In this document: positions 62,179-64,000 of the stretch, piece after piece
Layout: each line of letters opens with the position of its first letter
Numbering within the stretch: position 1 is the stretch's first letter
NCBI RefSeq assembly: GCF_048593235.1
Contig: NC_133621.1
Location: 107,251,148-107,315,147 of the forward strand
Direction of reading: 5' to 3'
DNA from: Sminthopsis crassicaudata
Taxonomy: Eukaryota
DNA length: 64,000 nucleotides
Translations under genes and position numbers: made by a program
The notes under the pieces: model-generated
Seen by the model: the letters and a program-made list of their open reading frames with translations, nothing else
Told to the model about the DNA's origin: nothing
Database searches by the model: none

Positions 62179-64000
62179 CTTTTGTATAAAACACCTATGT
62201 TTCTTTCCTCACCCTTCTCAGTTTTCTTTACTTTCCCAGATGCCCAACATTATCATTCTGCCCTAGGTATTCTGTACCACACTAAGGTGGTACCTCCTGA
62301 ATTTGGTTATACGATTCAAAATGAGATATTGTATGGAAAGTGTTTTATAAACTTTAAAGTACTATAGGAATACCAGCTATTATTAGAATTAATATTAAAA
62401 GAAAAGTCTGTTGAGAAGAGTACTTTACGTTGAGCAATAAGTATTTAATGGAAGAATTTAAGGAAGTATGGCATCTGGTAGGAAAAAGAAATATGGACAG
62501 GTGGTACTTGATCATTAAGGTCTCTCAAATCATTCACTACAGATATGACTTCCTACTTAACCTATTCATTGATCAGTCTTGGTTAAGATGCTTCCTTAGC
62601 CTTAACAACAAATTAAGAAAAGAGATGAAAGAAGAACTCATCATATAGTAGTAGGAGAGAAAGGGCATTGTTTTTAGAATCTGATATGGGTAAGAAGCTT
62701 TTTCTTGCTAGCTTTATTACTCTAGGTCAATCACGTATGTCTCCATTTTCTAAATTGTCAAAGTGAAGATTTAAATCACTGGGTTTAAGAAGGGTAGTAT
62801 GTCACAGTGGAAAGGGTTTTTGCTTAACCCAAAGAACCTAAGTTTGAATGTGGGTTCCCTGCTGATCATCTGTGCAAACTTGGCTTTTGTTTTCTCATCC
62901 CTATTTTCTAGTATTTATACTTTTTCACAGGATTGTTGTAAAGATAAAATAAAACTATATAAAGTTAAAGTGAAACAATGTATGTAAAGTACTTTATAAT
63001 TATAAAGTACTATAAAAATGTAACTATTAACACTCGCTACAATTGCCAAGATTTTATTTCAATATGACTTGTTACTGCAGGGGGCTGGTCAAATTTATTG
63101 GGTTTAACCAGATGGTGAGCCTAATTTTTAGTTTATCATTTGAGAACTTTTGTGAAACAGAGCTACCTTTTGATGTTGGCCTAATTTTAGTTCCCTACCC
63201 CCCTTTTTTTCTGAGCACAAGTCAGAGGCCAGAGATTGAGAATGTCCATTGGTTCCTGGAAGAGAGATATCTGTGAAATTGGCAGTGTTCCAAGGACTGA
63301 CCAACTGAATCTGAGATAATAGTTTTTCTGCACAAGTTATAGTAGAAACTAAGTAAGACAATGAAGGAACAAGGGTATCTGTGGCCCATGCTGAAGAGTC
63401 ACCGAAGGAGGTATGGGGATTTGAACCATATGTCTTCAGGAAAGGGAATCATGAGATTCATTAGTGGGAAGATTTGAACCCCAGAAAGAAAAGGGGATTT
63501 CCCAAACAGTACTAGTGTTAGGATTGCCTCTATAACTACCTAAACTCAGGGACTAATCCTTCTAGTGAGAGAAGTCTAATTCCTGGACACTGCTAGTTTC
63601 TGGAAGAAGAAGATTGCATACATATCCCTCAAATCTGAAAGAAAGCTAAGTACTAAAGTCATAGCATGCTGCCACTATTACCATAAAATCTGAGGTTCTG
63701 GGGGAAAGGTAGAGTTCATTGGAAAGGAAGAATTTACATTAACCATTTATTATGCTACTGAGAATGCTTTACTTATTTTTTGTATTTTCTGTGGCATGAA
63801 ATTAAAACTGTTATTTTGACTGCTTGTATGGGAACTGGTGATTTTGTACCTATTATAACACATTTTTGAATCTGTATGAGTGTCAGGTCTGTGCTATTTT
63901 TACCTCCAGGGTACTCTTGTACCCTTAAGAGGTTAAGGAGTTTCTCTTCTTTGCTATTAGCTTGAGATGCCACCAATTTTGTTCTCCCTCTTTTTAGGGG

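Noticed and set aside
63081-63114. Possible 34-nt plus-strand micro-exon (ctgcag|...ATG|gtgagc)
   Set aside because: Poor polypyrimidine tract and no partner exons or homology.
22800-64000. Searched for the divergent neighbour expected from human synteny (CNOT4, from memory), retrocopies, NUMTs and viral EVEs
   Set aside because: No RING-domain CNOT4 peptide, mitochondrial sequence or viral-like ORF was recognisable by eye; a tBLASTn would be needed to exclude decayed copies.

Overview
AT-rich, repeat-dense vertebrate DNA with four assembly gaps (N runs at 5621-5768, 42858-43123, 48927-49893, 58600-58923). The SINE/LINE/LTR complement (WSINE1-like CORE-SINEs, MAR1, RTE, marsupial-type L1 3' UTRs) indicates a marsupial, most likely a dasyurid such as Tasmanian devil; this is inferred from remembered repeat consensi, not from a search. 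The one recognisable gene is the 5' part of NUP205 (nucleoporin 205) on the minus strand: CpG-island promoter at about 22.1-22.8 kb, start codon at 22493, and coding exons 1-11 running to 1462. Exon 12 onward lies beyond the left edge. Ten exon lengths match the human gene as I recall it. Exon 3 is 1 nt longer (an apparent frameshift, probably an assembly error), and intron 5 has a GC donor. The 41 kb upstream is intergenic and mostly transposon-derived. I found no prokaryote-style system and no clearly new protein-coding gene. The best leads are: (1) a TATA/CACCC promoter-like element with a short exon at about 47.7 kb whose ATG and splice phase would join NUP205 exon 2 in frame; (2) a 41-bp near-perfect inverted repeat at 62.1 kb; (3) a composite insertion of two different L1 3' ends inside one 15-bp TSD; (4) inverted SINE pairs flanking NUP205 exons. 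Repeat family names come from memory and repeat boundaries are approximate unless a TSD is quoted.
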